A DNA stretch of 64,000 nt. Source: Sphyrna mokarran (Eukaryota). Under the pieces are notes generated by a model. The model searched no databases and was not told the origin of the DNA. It saw nothing but the letters and a program-made list of their open reading frames with translations. How positions within the stretch are numbered: the stretch's first letter is position 1; each line of letters begins with the position of its first letter. Location: positions 4,898,001-4,962,000 of the forward strand of contig JAGIQG010000040.1 of NCBI GenBank assembly GCA_024679065.1. Reading direction: 5' to 3'. Both the position numbers and the translations under genes were made by a program. Of this stretch, positions 48,614 through 61,619 are shown one piece after another.

Positions 48614-49321
48614 TTACTTGTGAATTTGCTGGTGTTTTAGCAGCCTGGATGAAGTAATGTATTCCTTCCCACACTGGGAGCAAGTGAATGGCCTCTCCCC
48701 AGTGTGAGTTCGCAGGTGATTTAGCATCGTGCATGAGGTAATGAATCCCTTTCCACACACGAAGCAGGTGAATGGCCTCTCCCCAGTGTGAATTCGCTGG
48801 TGCTTCAGCAGCATGGATGAAGTAGTGAATCCCTTCCCACACTGGGAGCAGGTGAATGGCCTCTCCCCAGTGTGAACTCGTTGGTGATTTAGCAGCGTGG
48901 ATGACTGAGTGAATCCCTTCCCACACTGACAACAGGTGAATGGCCTCTCCTCAGTATGAATTCGCTCGTGTATCGCTAAGTTAGATGACTGATTGAATTC
49001 CTTCCCACACACAGAACATGTGAACGGTCTCTCCCCTGTGTGAATTCGCTGGTGTTTCAGTAGATGGGACGAGGTAGTGAATCCCTTCCCACATTGAGAG
49101 CAGGTGAACGGTCTCTCTCCAGTGTGAATGCGTCGATGAGTTTCCAGGTGGGATGGGTAATCAAACCCCTTCCCACAATCCTCACATTTCCATGCCATCT
49201 CCTTGTTGTTACTGCAATTATATTCTGAAAGGCCAGATGATTGGGTGAAGTCTTGTCCACACACAGAACATGTGTAAAGATTCTCTCCACTGTGCTTTTT
49301 TTCTCTATATTCAAAATACAA
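48614..49321 (-). CDS. C2H2 zinc-finger protein, 7 fingers (first ATG at 49198)
   Basis: MAWKCEDC followed by 7 fingers, ending HQQIHK*. Confidence 0.85.
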   Translation of the reverse strand: MYFEYREKKHSGENLYTCSVCGQDFTQSSGLSEYNCSNNKEMAWKCEDCGKGFDYPSHLETHRRIHTGERPFTCSQCGKGFTTSSHLLKHQRIHTGERPFTCSVCGKEFNQSSNLAIHERIHTEERPFTCCQCGKGFTQSSTLLNHQRVHTGERPFTCSQCGKGFTTSSMLLKHQRIHTGERPFTCFVCGKGFITSCTMLNHLRTHTGERPFTCSQCGKEYITSSRLLKHQQIHK

Positions 49322-50570
49322 TGATATTCAGATTACTCAATCAGTTCTGAGATTGCGTTTGATTTCTGTTTACCAACTGCAAATCCTAAAAGGGTGTGAC
49401 ATTGATTTAGAACAGAAAAAAAACCTCATTTTCTCCTCAAGCAACTGCCAAACATTATTTTATCTATAGAGAGAGACACAAAGTTAAAAGACGAAAGCTA
49501 TCAAAGGATCTGGAGGGTTGGGCTATTATCATAATGAATGGAAGAGCAGGCTTGAAGGGGCAAATGGCCTATTCCTAATCCTATTTTCTATGTTTCTATG
49601 GAACTCAATGTCTATGAAGATGATAGAACAGGAAACAAATGGTTTCAAAATGAGATTGGTTCGGCACACAAAAGAAATAAACATGTTGCGCTAATGGAGA
49701 TGTAGAGTGGAATGGGGTTGACTGGATTGATCTGCAGAAAGTCATCATGGATTCAAGTTCCTTCTGACTGTCAAGTTTATGACTGGAAATGTATAATACA
49801 CCTGCAGTATTAGATTGCAAGAATGGAAATAATAAATAAATTATTTTACTGAAATATAGATACACCTAAATATACCTAAACATTAGGTATATCTCTGTTG
49901 TTACGTCCCAAGCCAACTGATATTATAAGCACTATTTCCAGACAATTCCAAGGATAAAATGAGTGAGAATTCACCTTTTAAAATGTTTCATTGTAAAAAT
50001 CAAAATAGAAGCAACATAAATGAATCAGAGATTGACAGACAAATAGTGTTGAATAGTGGGATCCTTCTTACTTTCAATAAAATCAGCTTTCACAAAATCA
50101 CGAGCAGTTTCTCCTTTAGAATTCATAGCACAAATTCAATTTACTATAATTCTCTGTATTTCCCAGCTAGAGAAAAAATACAGGACAATAGCACTCAATC
50201 ATAATGCTCATTTTGAGGGTCTGGTACAAATATGATGTTCTAAATGGCCCATTTATCTATTATATATTTGCATACTTAATGGATAATAAATGTGTGTAAT
50301 GTACAGCACTCTTATGTGATTGAAGAGATAGGATTAATGAGGAACAATTTTTTTTTAGGCCCTGGAACTTCCTCTGATGAGAGTGGTATAACTGGAGATG
50401 ATCAGAGATTTCAAAATGAAATTTGATGAACACTTGAAGGAAATAAACTTTCAGGGAAATGTGGATATAGAGGGGTATGGAATTGACTGACTTTCTCTGC
50501 AGAGTTGGTCTGGATTTAAGTTGCCAAATACATTCATTTTGTGCCACAGTGTCTCTGTGGCTGGAAATAT

Positions 50571-50798
50571 GAACTCAGTAAGAATCTAGCAACACCAATT
50601 TTAAATCCAACCTATTTATTTGATAGTAAATTTGCAAGCTTTCGACACTCTGTGTCTTCGTCAGGCAAATGCCGAAGACACAGAGTGTCGAAAGCTCGCA
50701 AATTTACTATCAAATAAATCGGTTGGATTTAAAATTGGTGTTGCTAGATTCTTACTGAGTTCTTACTACTCCAGTCCAACGCCGGCATCTTTACATCA
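50571..50798. mobile_element. Non-autonomous palindromic Penelope pLTR insertion with 13-bp TSD and hammerhead motif
   Basis: ~90-bp near-perfect inverted arms; direct repeat tggctggaaatat at 50558-50570 and 50799-50811; reverse complement AUUUGC-CUGACGA-A-GACAC(AGA)GUGUC-GAAA-GCUU-GCAAAU. Confidence 0.85.
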
Positions 50799-51109
50799 TG
50801 GCTGGAAATATAAAACAGCAATGCTGCTATATATTTCAAGACAAGAAGTAATTATAATGAACTTTAGAGCATCATAAGTGATTGTGTATATACCCTATGA
50901 CCACACTATCTCTGTCCTCAGTTGATTTACTTTTCCTTTAAACGTCATCCTCTCTTGGGAAAACGTTTTAATTGTAAACATTAGATAGGAGACCATCCTA
51001 TTAACAGGCAAATAAATGTATCAAACAAAGAGCTAGAGGATGTCTTTGAGAGAAAAAGGAAAAGATACCTGGACTTAGTCCTGCTCCTAATTCGGATGTT
51101 CGTCTGTTT

Positions 51110-51830
51110 CCTTACCAGAGTCTGCAGCCTTCCTGGATTCACTTCCTTACCCTTCAGTTGCTGTAATTCCCCCAGAATTAGGAAAGAAATGGAAAAGGGG
51201 AAACATTGATTTCCTCCCAGATGTTGCACAGAGGCGGAAGTTTCACTCGGAAGCTCATCGGCCAACTTCCTGGATGTGACGTCACAATGGAAATAGAGCT
51301 CCGCCTGAATGAGCCAATAGGAATCAGACTGATTCGTGGCGACGTCCTCGGGTTCCAGTGCGCAGGGCCGGGTGTGTGTATCCGAGAGCCCCTCCCCCAC
51401 CCATTGTTCTCCTCCGGGAGCCCCGCCCCCACCTATTGTTCTCCTCCGGGAGCCCCGCCCCCACCCATTGTTCCTCTCCGGGAGCCCCGCCCCCACCCAT
51501 TGTTCCCCTCGGGGAGCTCCGCCCCCACCCATTGTTCCCCTCCCCCTGCCCCTCCTCGAGCCAAGGTTTCCAGACAAGCGGCTGGCGGCTCCGGGCAGAG
51601 CGAGAAGCCGCTCGGTGATCTCCCCCTCCCCCTGGGCCGGGACTGCGCATGTACGCCCACCCCCAACTTCATGCTAATGTGTTGACCAATGGGAAGAGCT
51701 GGCGGACCGGAAGGACAGTCTTCCAGCCAATCAAAGCGCGAGCTTTGTGTGAATGACGATTGAGCTGCAGACAGACTCAATGTTGCTTCTGTCTTCAACA
51801 TCGACGAGTAAAACAGATGTTTATTTTCTA
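51110..51830. promoter_or_regulatory. Bidirectional ZNF promoter cassette
   Basis: Minus-oriented cassette 51110-51360 and plus-oriented cassette 51650-51830, both homologous to 900-1140; CRE TGACGTCA at ~51278. Confidence 0.6.
51385..51545. repeat. GC-box minisatellite, ~32-bp unit x5
   Basis: gagccccgcccccacccattgttctcctccgg repeated. Confidence 0.9.
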
Positions 51831-52989
51831 CCTCTTTCTATTTATTTGTTTCAAGGTATTTGGTCGCCACAAATATTATATCAACAGGGATACATCTAGT
51901 CTTTGTCAAACCTTTCAAAGTCTATCAGGAGGGGAGGATTTACAGAGTGAAATCCCAACAAAGATCACATCCAAAATCTGACATCACTCAGTTACTGGTA
52001 CCTGAATTTCATCTGCATTTGAAACTTCTTCAAATAGTTTAAATGTCAGTGTGACTGGAGAGCACACGTGTGTGCACACACACACACTTTCTATATCATC
52101 CTTGATGAAGATTAAACATTTGTTTAATAATAAATAAGAAATGCTGGACAAATTCAGCAGATCTGGCAGCGTATGTTGAGGAAAAAGTACAGTTAATATT
52201 TTCAGGCCATACGACCTATAGACTGTTCTTTTCTCAGCCATTTCCTCATTCGCTATTATCAATTCTGTAGTAATGAAAACACATTGGTCTTTCTTTTCAC
52301 GCAGCATGTTTTTACAATCAGTTTTTATGCTTTTTACCAGTTCATTCTCATTGTTTTCTTTATCAATTCCTTTATGCCAAATTCTCAAAAGATCCAAATC
52401 TCAGGCTTCTGTTTTTTGGTCACATTGTGAGCCTTTTCCTTTGATTAATGCAAATATTTACTTCTCTTGACAGCCACAGTTGTATCACTACTTCTGCTGG
52501 ATTTTTGTCTTTGAAGGAAAGCACACTTGTAAATCATGTATTAATTCCTGAAATGTTAGGTATTGCCTATCCTCTATCATATCTTTTAACATAGCTTCCC
52601 AATCCACCCAAGCTAACTTTCTCCTCAAATCTTTGAACTTTCCTTTAATGAGGAACTGAAGCTGAATTAAGCTGAATTAAACAAAAGAACCTTTTAAACA
52701 CCACAGCCCATCTCCATGGCAACATGGCATGCTTTGGGTGTTCCAAATAGAAATGCAAACTATATGTCTTTGACCTCCCAAACACCCTTTCATTCTGTGA
52801 TTCAGATGAAAAATCAAATTAGCGTTTTGCAATACTCTAAGAATATCAAACCATTGGAAGCAAAGTTCCAAGATCAGCCAGTCCACCAGAAAGAAACATT
52901 CTGATACTCCCACTTGGCCACCTGTCAAAATATACATGGCTGAGTCCTAGAAGTGATTAATAGCAGGAACAATGGCAGAATCCATTCTC

Positions 52990-53800
52990 TGTAATCAATT
53001 GAGAACTCACTGGTGTGTCTGCAGGTGGGATAACTGAGTGAATCTCTTTCCACACAAGGAGCAGATGAATGGTCCCTCCCCACTGTGAACCCGTTGATGT
53101 GTCATCAAGTTAGATGATTGAGTGAATGCCTTCCCACATTCAGTGCATGTGAACGGCCTCTCTCCAGTGTGAACTCGCTGGTGCATCTGCAGGATGATTG
53201 ATTCAATGAATCCCTTCCCACATTCAGAGTAGGTGAATGGCCTCTCTCCACTGTGAACTTGCTGGTGTGCCAGCAGGTGGGACAACTCTGCTACACTCAG
53301 AGCAGTTGAAAGGTCTGTCCCCAGTGTGAGCCCACTGATGTGTCTGCAAGCTGCATAAGCTACTGAATTCCTTCCCACACTCAGAGCAGGTGAATGGTCT
53401 CTCTCCAGTATGAAGTCGCCGGTGTGTCAACAGATTCCATGAGTGAGTGAAACCCTTCCCACACAGCAAGCAGGTGAATGGCTTCTCTCCACTGTGAACT
53501 CACTGGTGCATCTGTAGGTTGTTTAAATGAGTGAATCCTTTCCCACAGTCAGAGCAGGTGAATGGCCTCAGTTGAAGCCTTGTCCAAAAACAGAACACAT
53601 ACAGTTTTTCCTCATTGTGAATGCTGTGATGTAGTTTCAGGCTGCGTAATTGATTAAAGCTCTTTCCATAGTCAGTCCACTGGTACTCTCTCATTGTTTG
53701 TTTGTGTCTTGGTGCTTTTCCAGTCACACTGATGTTCAAAATATTTTGAAGCAGATACAAGAGAAAAACATTTCTCCTTCTTGACTCAAAGGCCAATGAC
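52990..53800 (-). pseudogene. Frameshifted C2H2 zinc-finger pseudogene
   Basis: Fingers are split over three ORFs (53500-53796, 53224-53469, 53007-53378) by deletions and stops. Confidence 0.85.
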
Positions 53801-54649
53801 TATCAGGACTTGATTAGTTGAGTAACTCTATGAGACCTTGATGTGAAGTTTGGTTTGAGATTTCTTACTGAAAATTCTCACTTCCAGAAATCCTGTAAAA
53901 GAAATTGACAACAGTCATCACTGTCATTCCTGGACGGAAAATCAGAACACAAAATTATGGCTTCTATGGGACAATATTTCCTCACTCTTTCTTTCAAAGC
54001 TGTGAATCTCCATCTGTCACTCTCTCTCCCCCTTTTCCCACTCTGTTGTACTCATTATACACCCTCTCATTGCTCCTGAAGGTGCTGCTTAATGTTCATC
54101 GACAGATTGGTCAGACCCCCCCTTTTTACAGATTCAGGTGTCTCAGCCGCTGAACACCAGCCGGTCTTAGGATAAGTTTAATTCCAACTCATTCCGAGTA
54201 AATATTCTCACCAGGTCCTCTGTCAGGGCCCTGCTAAGCAGCTTTAATGGTCTGTAATTGCAAAAACTGAGCAGTCACAGGAATGTGGTCAAGACAGTCC
54301 AGTCCCATAATGCTTCACATTCAATCTGCACTCATTCAATTGTAACAGAATATGTGGCTGTATGTAGCTGCCTCGGCCATGGTCAACCCCAACACTGCCT
54401 TTCTGAACTGCCACAATGCCTGAGGTGTAAGTATATCCACAGTGCTGTTAGGGAGGGATTTCCAGCTACACATTTCACTAGACCACAGATGGATACCAGA
54501 TTGATATATTCTATTCAACCACACCCAAGGTGAGTTATTTTCAATTCCTTTATTGTCCAGAACAATATATTCACAATATTTTTATAAAAGAAATTAAACA
54601 TTCCCATTTGATTTCACGTATTAACTTATTGTTAGTTTATTCTTTATTA

Positions 54650-54945
54650 ACAATGTTAGGCTGAGGTTGTTTCCCTTGGAGCAAAGGAGGTTGAGGGGAG
54701 ATTTGATAGAGGTGGACAAGATTCTGACAAGTTGAGACAAGCGGGACAAAAAAAAACTGTTCCCATTAGCTGATGGAACAAGGACGAGGGTGGTCACAAA
54801 TTTAAGGTTTTGGGTCAAACATGCGGGGGAGATATGAAGGAGAATATTTTGATGCAGCAAATAGTAATGACCTGGAACTAGGTGCCTACGAAGTGGAGAC
54901 AATAAACAATTACAAAGGAAATCGGATGGGCATTTTGGGAGAGTT
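54650..54945 (+). mobile_element. CR1 LINE fragment
   Basis: ttggagcaaaggaggttgaggggagatttgatagaggtg. Confidence 0.65.
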
Positions 54946-55377
54946 TTCAAACAGAAATGCTGACTACAGCCATTGAATTTTACAGCATAGAAACAGGTCC
55001 TTTGGCCAAACTTGTCCATGCCACCCTCTTTTTTTAAAACCAGTAAGTTAATCACAATTGCCTGCATTTGGCCCATATTCCTCTATCCTCATCGTATCCA
55101 TAGAGTCATGGACTCTATGGAAACAGGCCTTTCTGCCCAACTATCTCTGAACTTCCTAACACCCTGTCAGTCTATGACCCTTCTGAAATTTGAAACCAGA
55201 TATTCATAACAAGACTCAAAGAGCATTATCCCACTGGAGGCAAAGTGATGAGACCAGCCAGTCCAGCAGAAAGAAACCCTCTGATCCTCCCCATTGATCA
55301 ACTGTGAGAATGAACAAAATAGAGTCCTGGATGTAACTGAGAGCAGAAACATTAACAGCAGAATCCCACTTCTGGCA

Positions 55378-56109
55378 TCACTCATGAACTTGCTGGTGTC
55401 TCAACAGCTGAGATGAAGCTCTGAATCCATTCCCAAAGCTGAATGGCCTGTCCTCAGTGTGAACTTGCTGGTGTCTCTGCAAGTCAGATGACTGAGTAAA
55501 TCCTTTCCCACACTGAGAGCAGGTGAACGGTCTCTCGCCAGAATGAAATTGCTGGTGTCTCTTCAAGTCACATGACTGAGTAAATCCCTTCCCACACTGA
55601 AAGCAAGTGTATGGCCTCTCCCCAGTGTGAACTCGCTGGTGTGACTGCAGGTGAGATGACCGAGTGAATCCCTTCCCACACTGGGAGCAGATGAATGGTC
55701 TCTCCCCAGTGTGAACTCGCTGATGTACCCGCAGGTCAGATGACCAAGTGAATTCCTTTCCACACTGAGGGCAGGTGAATGGCCTCTCCCCTGTGTGAGC
55801 TCGCTGGTGTGTCCGCAGGTCAGATGGCCAAATGAATCCCTTTCCACACTGAGAGCAGATGTACGGCCTCTCCCCAGTGTGAACTCGCTCGTGTGTCCGC
55901 AGGCTGGATAACTGAGTGAATCCCTTCTCACACTGAGAGCAGGTGAACGGCCTCTCCCCAGTGTGGCTACGCCGATGAGCTTCCAGCAGAGATGGGGCTT
56001 TGTATCTCTTCCCACAGTCTGCACATTTCCATGGTTTCTCCATGATGCAGGTGTCCTTGCCTCTTTCTTGGTGGACAATCAGTTGTAGCCTCGTCCACAC
56101 ATAGAACAT
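55378..56109 (-). CDS. C2H2 zinc-finger protein, 7 fingers plus a truncated 8th
   Basis: 243-aa ORF, MEKPWKC at 56043. Confidence 0.85.
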   Translation of the reverse strand: MFYVWTRLQLIVHQERGKDTCIMEKPWKCADCGKRYKAPSLLEAHRRSHTGERPFTCSQCEKGFTQLSSLRTHERVHTGERPYICSQCGKGFIWPSDLRTHQRAHTGERPFTCPQCGKEFTWSSDLRVHQRVHTGERPFICSQCGKGFTRSSHLQSHQRVHTGERPYTCFQCGKGFTQSCDLKRHQQFHSGERPFTCSQCGKGFTQSSDLQRHQQVHTEDRPFSFGNGFRASSQLLRHQQVHE

Positions 56110-56799
56110 ATGTATAGTCTCTCTCTGCTGTGAATGGTGAGATAGTTATTCAGGCTGTGTAACTGGTTAAAGCTCTTTAGTAAATGCAATGGAACATTCT
56201 CACTCGACTGTGACAGTGTGTTGGTTCCTTCTGAATCACATCGAAATTTGAAATCTTTTCAAATCAACAGACCGGACAATCATTTCTCTTTCTAGATCCA
56301 AAGGCTCATGTTCCAGGGAATATGATTCTGTCAGATCTAGATGTAGTGTTTGAGATTTCAGCCTGTAATTCCTCTTTCAATATCCTGTAAAACAAGTTGA
56401 CAAAAGTTATTTCTGTCAGTTCAGAATAGAAATTTAGAAGCCAATTCTAGATTTTATTGAATATTCTTTCCTCTTTCTTTCCCCAAAAGCTGGAAGTCTC
56501 CATCCCAAACATTTTCCCTCCATTCCCACTCTGCTGTATCTAATATTCACCATCCCAATTCTCCTAAAGTTGCTGATTGCCTGTCCTGTACACAGAGAGC
56601 TAAAAATCTTCAAGCTGACAGCCACATTAAAGTTTTACATTTGAACATAAATGAGCGCACTGATAATGTGTGCAATACATTGTATTACCTGGTTACAGAT
56701 ACATGAAGAATATGAGTAGGATTTTTATTTTGGCAGCAAGTGGTGACCTAGACGTTGAAAACTGAAGTCCAGAATTTAGCGCTCCTCACAAAACAAGGG

Positions 56800-57040
56800 A
56801 CCCAGCTTGGGTGACTGTCTGCGTGAAGTTTGTACATTCTCCCCATGTCCACGCGGGTTTCTTCCAGCTGCTCCAGTTTCCTCCCACAATCCAAAGGCAG
56901 ATTGGCCATGTTAAATTGTCCCTTAGTGTCAGATGGATTAGCAAGCTAAATATGTAGCGTTACTGGAATAAGGCCTGGATGTGATTGTGATCAGTATGAT
57001 GAGCCGAATGGCCTCCTTCTGCACTGTAGGGATTCCATTT
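56800..57040 (+). mobile_element. V-SINE, 5' truncated
   Basis: ttgggtgactgtctgcgtgaagtttgtacattctccccatgtccacgcgggtttc. Confidence 0.7.
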
Positions 57041-57049
57041 TATGAATTA

Positions 57050-57555
57050 GAAAAGAAAATGGAAAGGGGGAGAAAGTGTTTTACTCACAGATGTTGGAGA
57101 CTGAAGGAAGTTTGAGTCTGTCTGAAGCTCAAGCTTCATTCAGAAAGAGAGCAGCAGCAGCAGCAATAACAATGAACAAAGCTTCATGGAGCCATTCATA
57201 CAAGGCCCGGACCCTGATTGGCTGGAGGATCAGCGCCCATCCGGTCCTCCACGCGTTGCCATTGGTCAATCTGCCGCCTGTCGACAATCAGGGGGCGGAA
57301 CCCAAGCCCACGTGGAGGTGGGCGGGGTTTTGACCGCCGGCCGCGCTGAGCTGGTGTCCAATCCGCAGTGTTTTGCTTCTGTAACCAGTGATATCGCTGC
57401 CAATGGGACAGTGTGTGCTGGGAACGCCCCTCTGAGTCATTGTGACGGCACAATAGAGCTCTGCCTGAATCAGCCAATAGCAATCACTCTGCTCCGCGGT
57501 GACGTCTCCGGGTTCACGCGCAGACCCGGGAGCCCCGCCCCACCCCACCCATTAT
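57050..57555 (-). promoter_or_regulatory. ZNF promoter/first-exon cassette
   Basis: Near-collinear with 440-780 and 51280-51400. Confidence 0.65.
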
Positions 57556-58133
57556 AGAACAGAGAACATTATAGAACATTGTCCCCCAGTCTGTCCATTC
57601 CATACATTGTCAGTCCAGTCAGATAGACAGATATCTGTCTGGCAGCCTGCATGGAGATTTTCAGCTCTCTGTGTCCAGAGCAGGAAGCAGTGAGCATGGA
57701 TCTGTCAATATATAGAACGGGGCAAAGGTTTGATATGCAAAAGGCCAGCATTGAATCAGTGGACCGAATGGCCCCATTCTAGACCCAAATGTCTGACTGA
57801 TATAAGGAGATAAATTTCAGCTGCTCCAGTCTCTCCAACTAACTGAATTGCCTCATCATGAAATCGTACAGTGCAGAAGAGGCCCTTCAGCCCTTTGAAT
57901 CTGCCCCTACATACCAGAAACACCTGAACTCCCACCTAATCCCATTTACCAGCACCTGGCCCATAGTTTTAAATGTTCTGACTTGTCAAGTGTTGATCCA
58001 GGTGCTTTTTAAATGTTGCGAGGTGCCATTCTTGTAAATCTCTGCACCCTCTCTAAGAATTTCACATTTTTCTTAAAGTCTGGAGCTCATTTGTAGGATT
58101 CCATTAGGATCTTACCTGTCTCTTGTGGCTTCA

Positions 58134-59180
58134 TGAGGTAGAGATGCCGGCGTTGGACTGGGGTAAACTCAGTAAAGTTTTGCAACACCAATTTTAAATC
58201 CAACCAATTTATTTGATAGTAAATCCGCGAGCTTTCGACTCTACCTTTGTTGTCCAGTACTTCCCCGGAGCGGAGAAGCTACGACATCTTCTCCGGAGTC
58301 TTCAACATGTCATCGATGACAATGAACATCTCGCTAGGGCCATCCCCACCCCCCCACTTCTTGCTTTCAGACAACCGCACAACCTTAAACAGATCATTGT
58401 TCGCAGCAAACTACCCAACCTTCAGGAGAACGGTGACCACAATACCACACAACCCTGCCACAACAACCTCTGCAAGACATGCCAGATCATAGACATGGAC
58501 GACATAATCAAACGTGAGGATACCATTCACCAGGTACACGGTACATACTCTTGCAACTCGGCCAACGTTGTCTACCTAATACGTTGCAAGAAAGGATGTC
58601 CCGAAGCATGGTACATTGGGGAGACCATGCAGACACTACGACAGCGGATGAATGAGCATCGCTCAACAATCACCAGGCAAAACAGTTCCCTTCCTGTGGG
58701 TGAACACTTCAGCAGTCATGGGCATTCGGCCTCCGACCTGCGGGTAAATGTTCTTCAAGGGGGCTTTCGTGATACACGACAGCGCAGAGTCGCTGAGCAG
58801 AGACTGATAGCCAAGCTCCGCACACATGAGGACGGTCTGAACAGGGATCTTGGCTTCATGACACACTATCTGTAACCCCCGTAACTTGCCTGGGTTAGCA
58901 AAAAACCTCACTTACTGTGCTGTCTGGAGAAAATACACAATTCTCTAACCAATGCTCAGGATTCCCTTCACACACATTGTTAGCCACTTTAACACTTGAA
59001 TAGCAGGTTAGATGTAAGGATTCGCATTCTAATCAGCAATCTGTAACTGTGTGGATATGAGTGCCTCTGCAGATCAGAACACTGCATTTGCCTGATGAAG
59101 GCACAACATAGTGTCGAAAGCTCGCGGATTTACTATCAAATAAATTGGTTGGATTTAAAATTGGTGTTGCAAAACTTTAC
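58134..59180 (+). mobile_element. Young 5'-truncated Penelope-like element with GIY-YIG endonuclease ORF, inverted pLTR and TSD
   Basis: ORF with NVVYLIRCKKGCPEAWYIGETMQTLRQRMNEH; 58170-58239 is the reverse complement of 59113-59182; tcttgtggcttca duplicated at 58121-58133 and 59181-59193. Confidence 0.9.
59086..59129 (+). ncRNA. Minimal hammerhead ribozyme motif in the Penelope pLTR
   Basis: AUUUGC-CUGAUGA-A-GGCAC(AACAUA)GUGUC-GAAA-GCUC-GCGGAU. Confidence 0.7.
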
Positions 59181-60031
59181 TCTTGTGGCTTCACGCATAG
59201 ATGATTTTGTTGATCTTTAAGGGGTCTATTCTCTCTCTCGTTACGCTTTTCCTGTTAATATACTTATAGAATCTCTTTGGATTTTTTTTTACCTTATCTG
59301 CCAAAGCTATGTTCCCTTTTTTGCCCCCTTTTAAGTGTAGTCCTACACTCCCCTATATACTTCATGAGATTCACTTGACACCAGCTATCAATACCTGACG
59401 TATGCTTTGTTTCTATTAACCAGACTCTCAATATCTCTGGTCATTCAATGTTACTTATTCCTGCCAGCTTGTCCTTAACTGTAACAGGAATATGCTGGCT
59501 CTGAACTCTCGCTATCTCACTTTTGAAAATCTCACACATGCCAGACAATCCTGAACCTGTGAATAGCCTCCCCCAATCAACTTTGAAAGTTCCTGTTAAA
59601 TATCAACAAAATTGGCCTTGCCCCAATTTAGAACTTTAACTTGGGAACCAGACCTAGCCTTTTCCATAACTATTTTAAAATTGATAGAATTATGCTCATT
59701 GTTCCCAAAGTGCTCCCATGAACACTTCAGTCACATGCTGCTTTACATCCCGGTTACTTGTTCATATGTATCTTTCCTCAACTTGATATCACAATAAGGA
59801 CTTCAATTAGTCTCTTATCTTTGAGGAAATCAACAGTAAATAAACTTCAAAATTTTAAACTTTTACCCAACAGTATCAAAACGCTGTATGGCTTCTCACA
59901 TAAAACATTAAACTCCAGTCCGGTCACAGAAATTATTTACATCAGAAAAAGAATGAGCCCTGTCAGAATGGACATAATCCAGTCCCGGATGCGATAAAGA
60001 GGAACTATAATATCAGAATCCAACCCTGCTG

Positions 60032-60970
60032 TCACTCATGAACTCGCTGGTGTCTCAGTAGGTGATAGGACTGAGTAAATCCCTTCCCACACTGGCAGCA
60101 GATGAATGGCCTCTCTCCACTGTGAATTCGCTGATGTCTTAGCAGTTGGCATGACCGAATGAATCCCATCCCACACTCAGAGCAGATGAAAGGCCTTGCT
60201 GTGGTATGAACCTGTTGGTGTTTCAGGAGGACAGATGACTGAGTGAATCCCTTCCCACAGATGAAACAGGTGAATGGATTCTGCACAGTGTGAATTTGTT
60301 GATGTCTCTGCAAGGTGCATGACCGAGTGAATCTCTTTCCACATTTAGTGCATGGGAACAGTCTCTCCTCGGTATGAACTCGCTGGTGTCGCAGCAGACT
60401 GAATGACCGAGTGAATCCCTTACCGCACACAGAACAGGAGAATGGGCTCTGACTAGAGTGAATGTATTCGTGTCTCTGTAGGTTCCTTGTGCTTTTGAAG
60501 CTCTTACCACAGTCTGAACATTTGAAAAGTTTCTTGTCAGTGTGAACAAGCTGATGAGAAGTGAGGTTACTTAAACTGGTAAATCCCTTCCCACACACAG
60601 AGCAGATAAATGGTCTTTCCCCAGTGTGAACTTGTTGGTGTACAGTGAGGTGAGATAATTGTGTGAATCCCATCCCACAATGAGAGCAGGTAAATGGCCT
60701 CGCCCCATTGTGAATTCGCTGGTGTCTCAGCAAGGTGGATGTCTGAGCAAATCCCTTGCCACACTTGAAGCAGGTGAATGGTCTCTCCCCCGTGTGACTG
60801 CGTCGATGAATTTCCAGGTCTGATGGGGATCTGATCATCTTACCACAATCTCCACATTTCAGTGGCCTCTGTGTGATGCTGGGGTCAGTATGACTGTGTT
60901 GATGATATTCCAGCTGGGAAGGAGAATTGAATCCCTTCCCAAAGCTCTCACATTTCCACGGTTTCTCCAT
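60032..60970 (-). CDS. C2H2 zinc-finger protein, 10 intact fingers plus 1 degenerate
   Basis: ATG 60970 [10 protein letters not shown]..., 10 CxxC/HxxxH units. Confidence 0.88.
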   Translation of the reverse strand: MEKPWKCESFGKGFNSPSQLEYHQHSHTDPSITQRPLKCGDCGKMIRSPSDLEIHRRSHTGERPFTCFKCGKGFAQTSTLLRHQRIHNGARPFTCSHCGMGFTQLSHLTVHQQVHTGERPFICSVCGKGFTSLSNLTSHQLVHTDKKLFKCSDCGKSFKSTRNLQRHEYIHSSQSPFSCSVCGKGFTRSFSLLRHQRVHTEERLFPCTKCGKRFTRSCTLQRHQQIHTVQNPFTCFICGKGFTQSSVLLKHQQVHTTARPFICSECGMGFIRSCQLLRHQRIHSGERPFICCQCGKGFTQSYHLLRHQRVHE

Positions 60971-61619
60971 GGTGTTGGTGTTCTTGCCTCTCTCCAAGTT
61001 GGATGATCAGCTGAAGCCTCATCCACACACAGAACACTTGTATGGTTTCTCCTTGCTGTGAATGATGTGATTATTTTTCAGGCTGTATAACTTGTTAAAG
61101 CTCTTTCCACAGTCAGTTCACTAGAACACTTTCACTTGTGTGTGTGTTTGTCGGTACTTTTCCAGTCACACTTACATTTGAAATCTTTTCCCACAGACAG
61201 AACAAATATTCTCTTTCTTCCACAGTGTAAGACTGATCATATTCAGATCCAGATAAATCAAGTGATTCTGTTAAATCTTGATGTGATTTTGGTTTGAGAT
61301 TTTTGTCTGCAAATTCTCCCCTTATAGCACACTGCAAAAGAAATTCAGGAAAATGCTAACTAAATATGGGATAGAAATTCTAATTAGACAATTCCAGTTT
61401 CTCTGGGACATTTTTTTTCCCTCTCTTGCCCCTCAAATCTTAAATCCATATCCCACTCGATCTCCCTGCTCCATGGGCTGAAATCTAACCCCATCTATTT
61501 CTTTCCTCCCCTCCCAGTTTTCTCCCTCCCTCTCCTCTGTCTGGGTTCAGTTCTCCAGCTCCTGTCTGCAGACTGACAATAAAACCAATGGGTCTTATTG
61601 GGGGGTGCTGGGGCCTCCA

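Noticed and set aside
50981-51801. Pro/Gly-rich ORFs of 100-200 aa (also 61717-62323 and 559-1277)
   Set aside because: Translations of GC-rich minisatellites and promoter DNA; no domain signature
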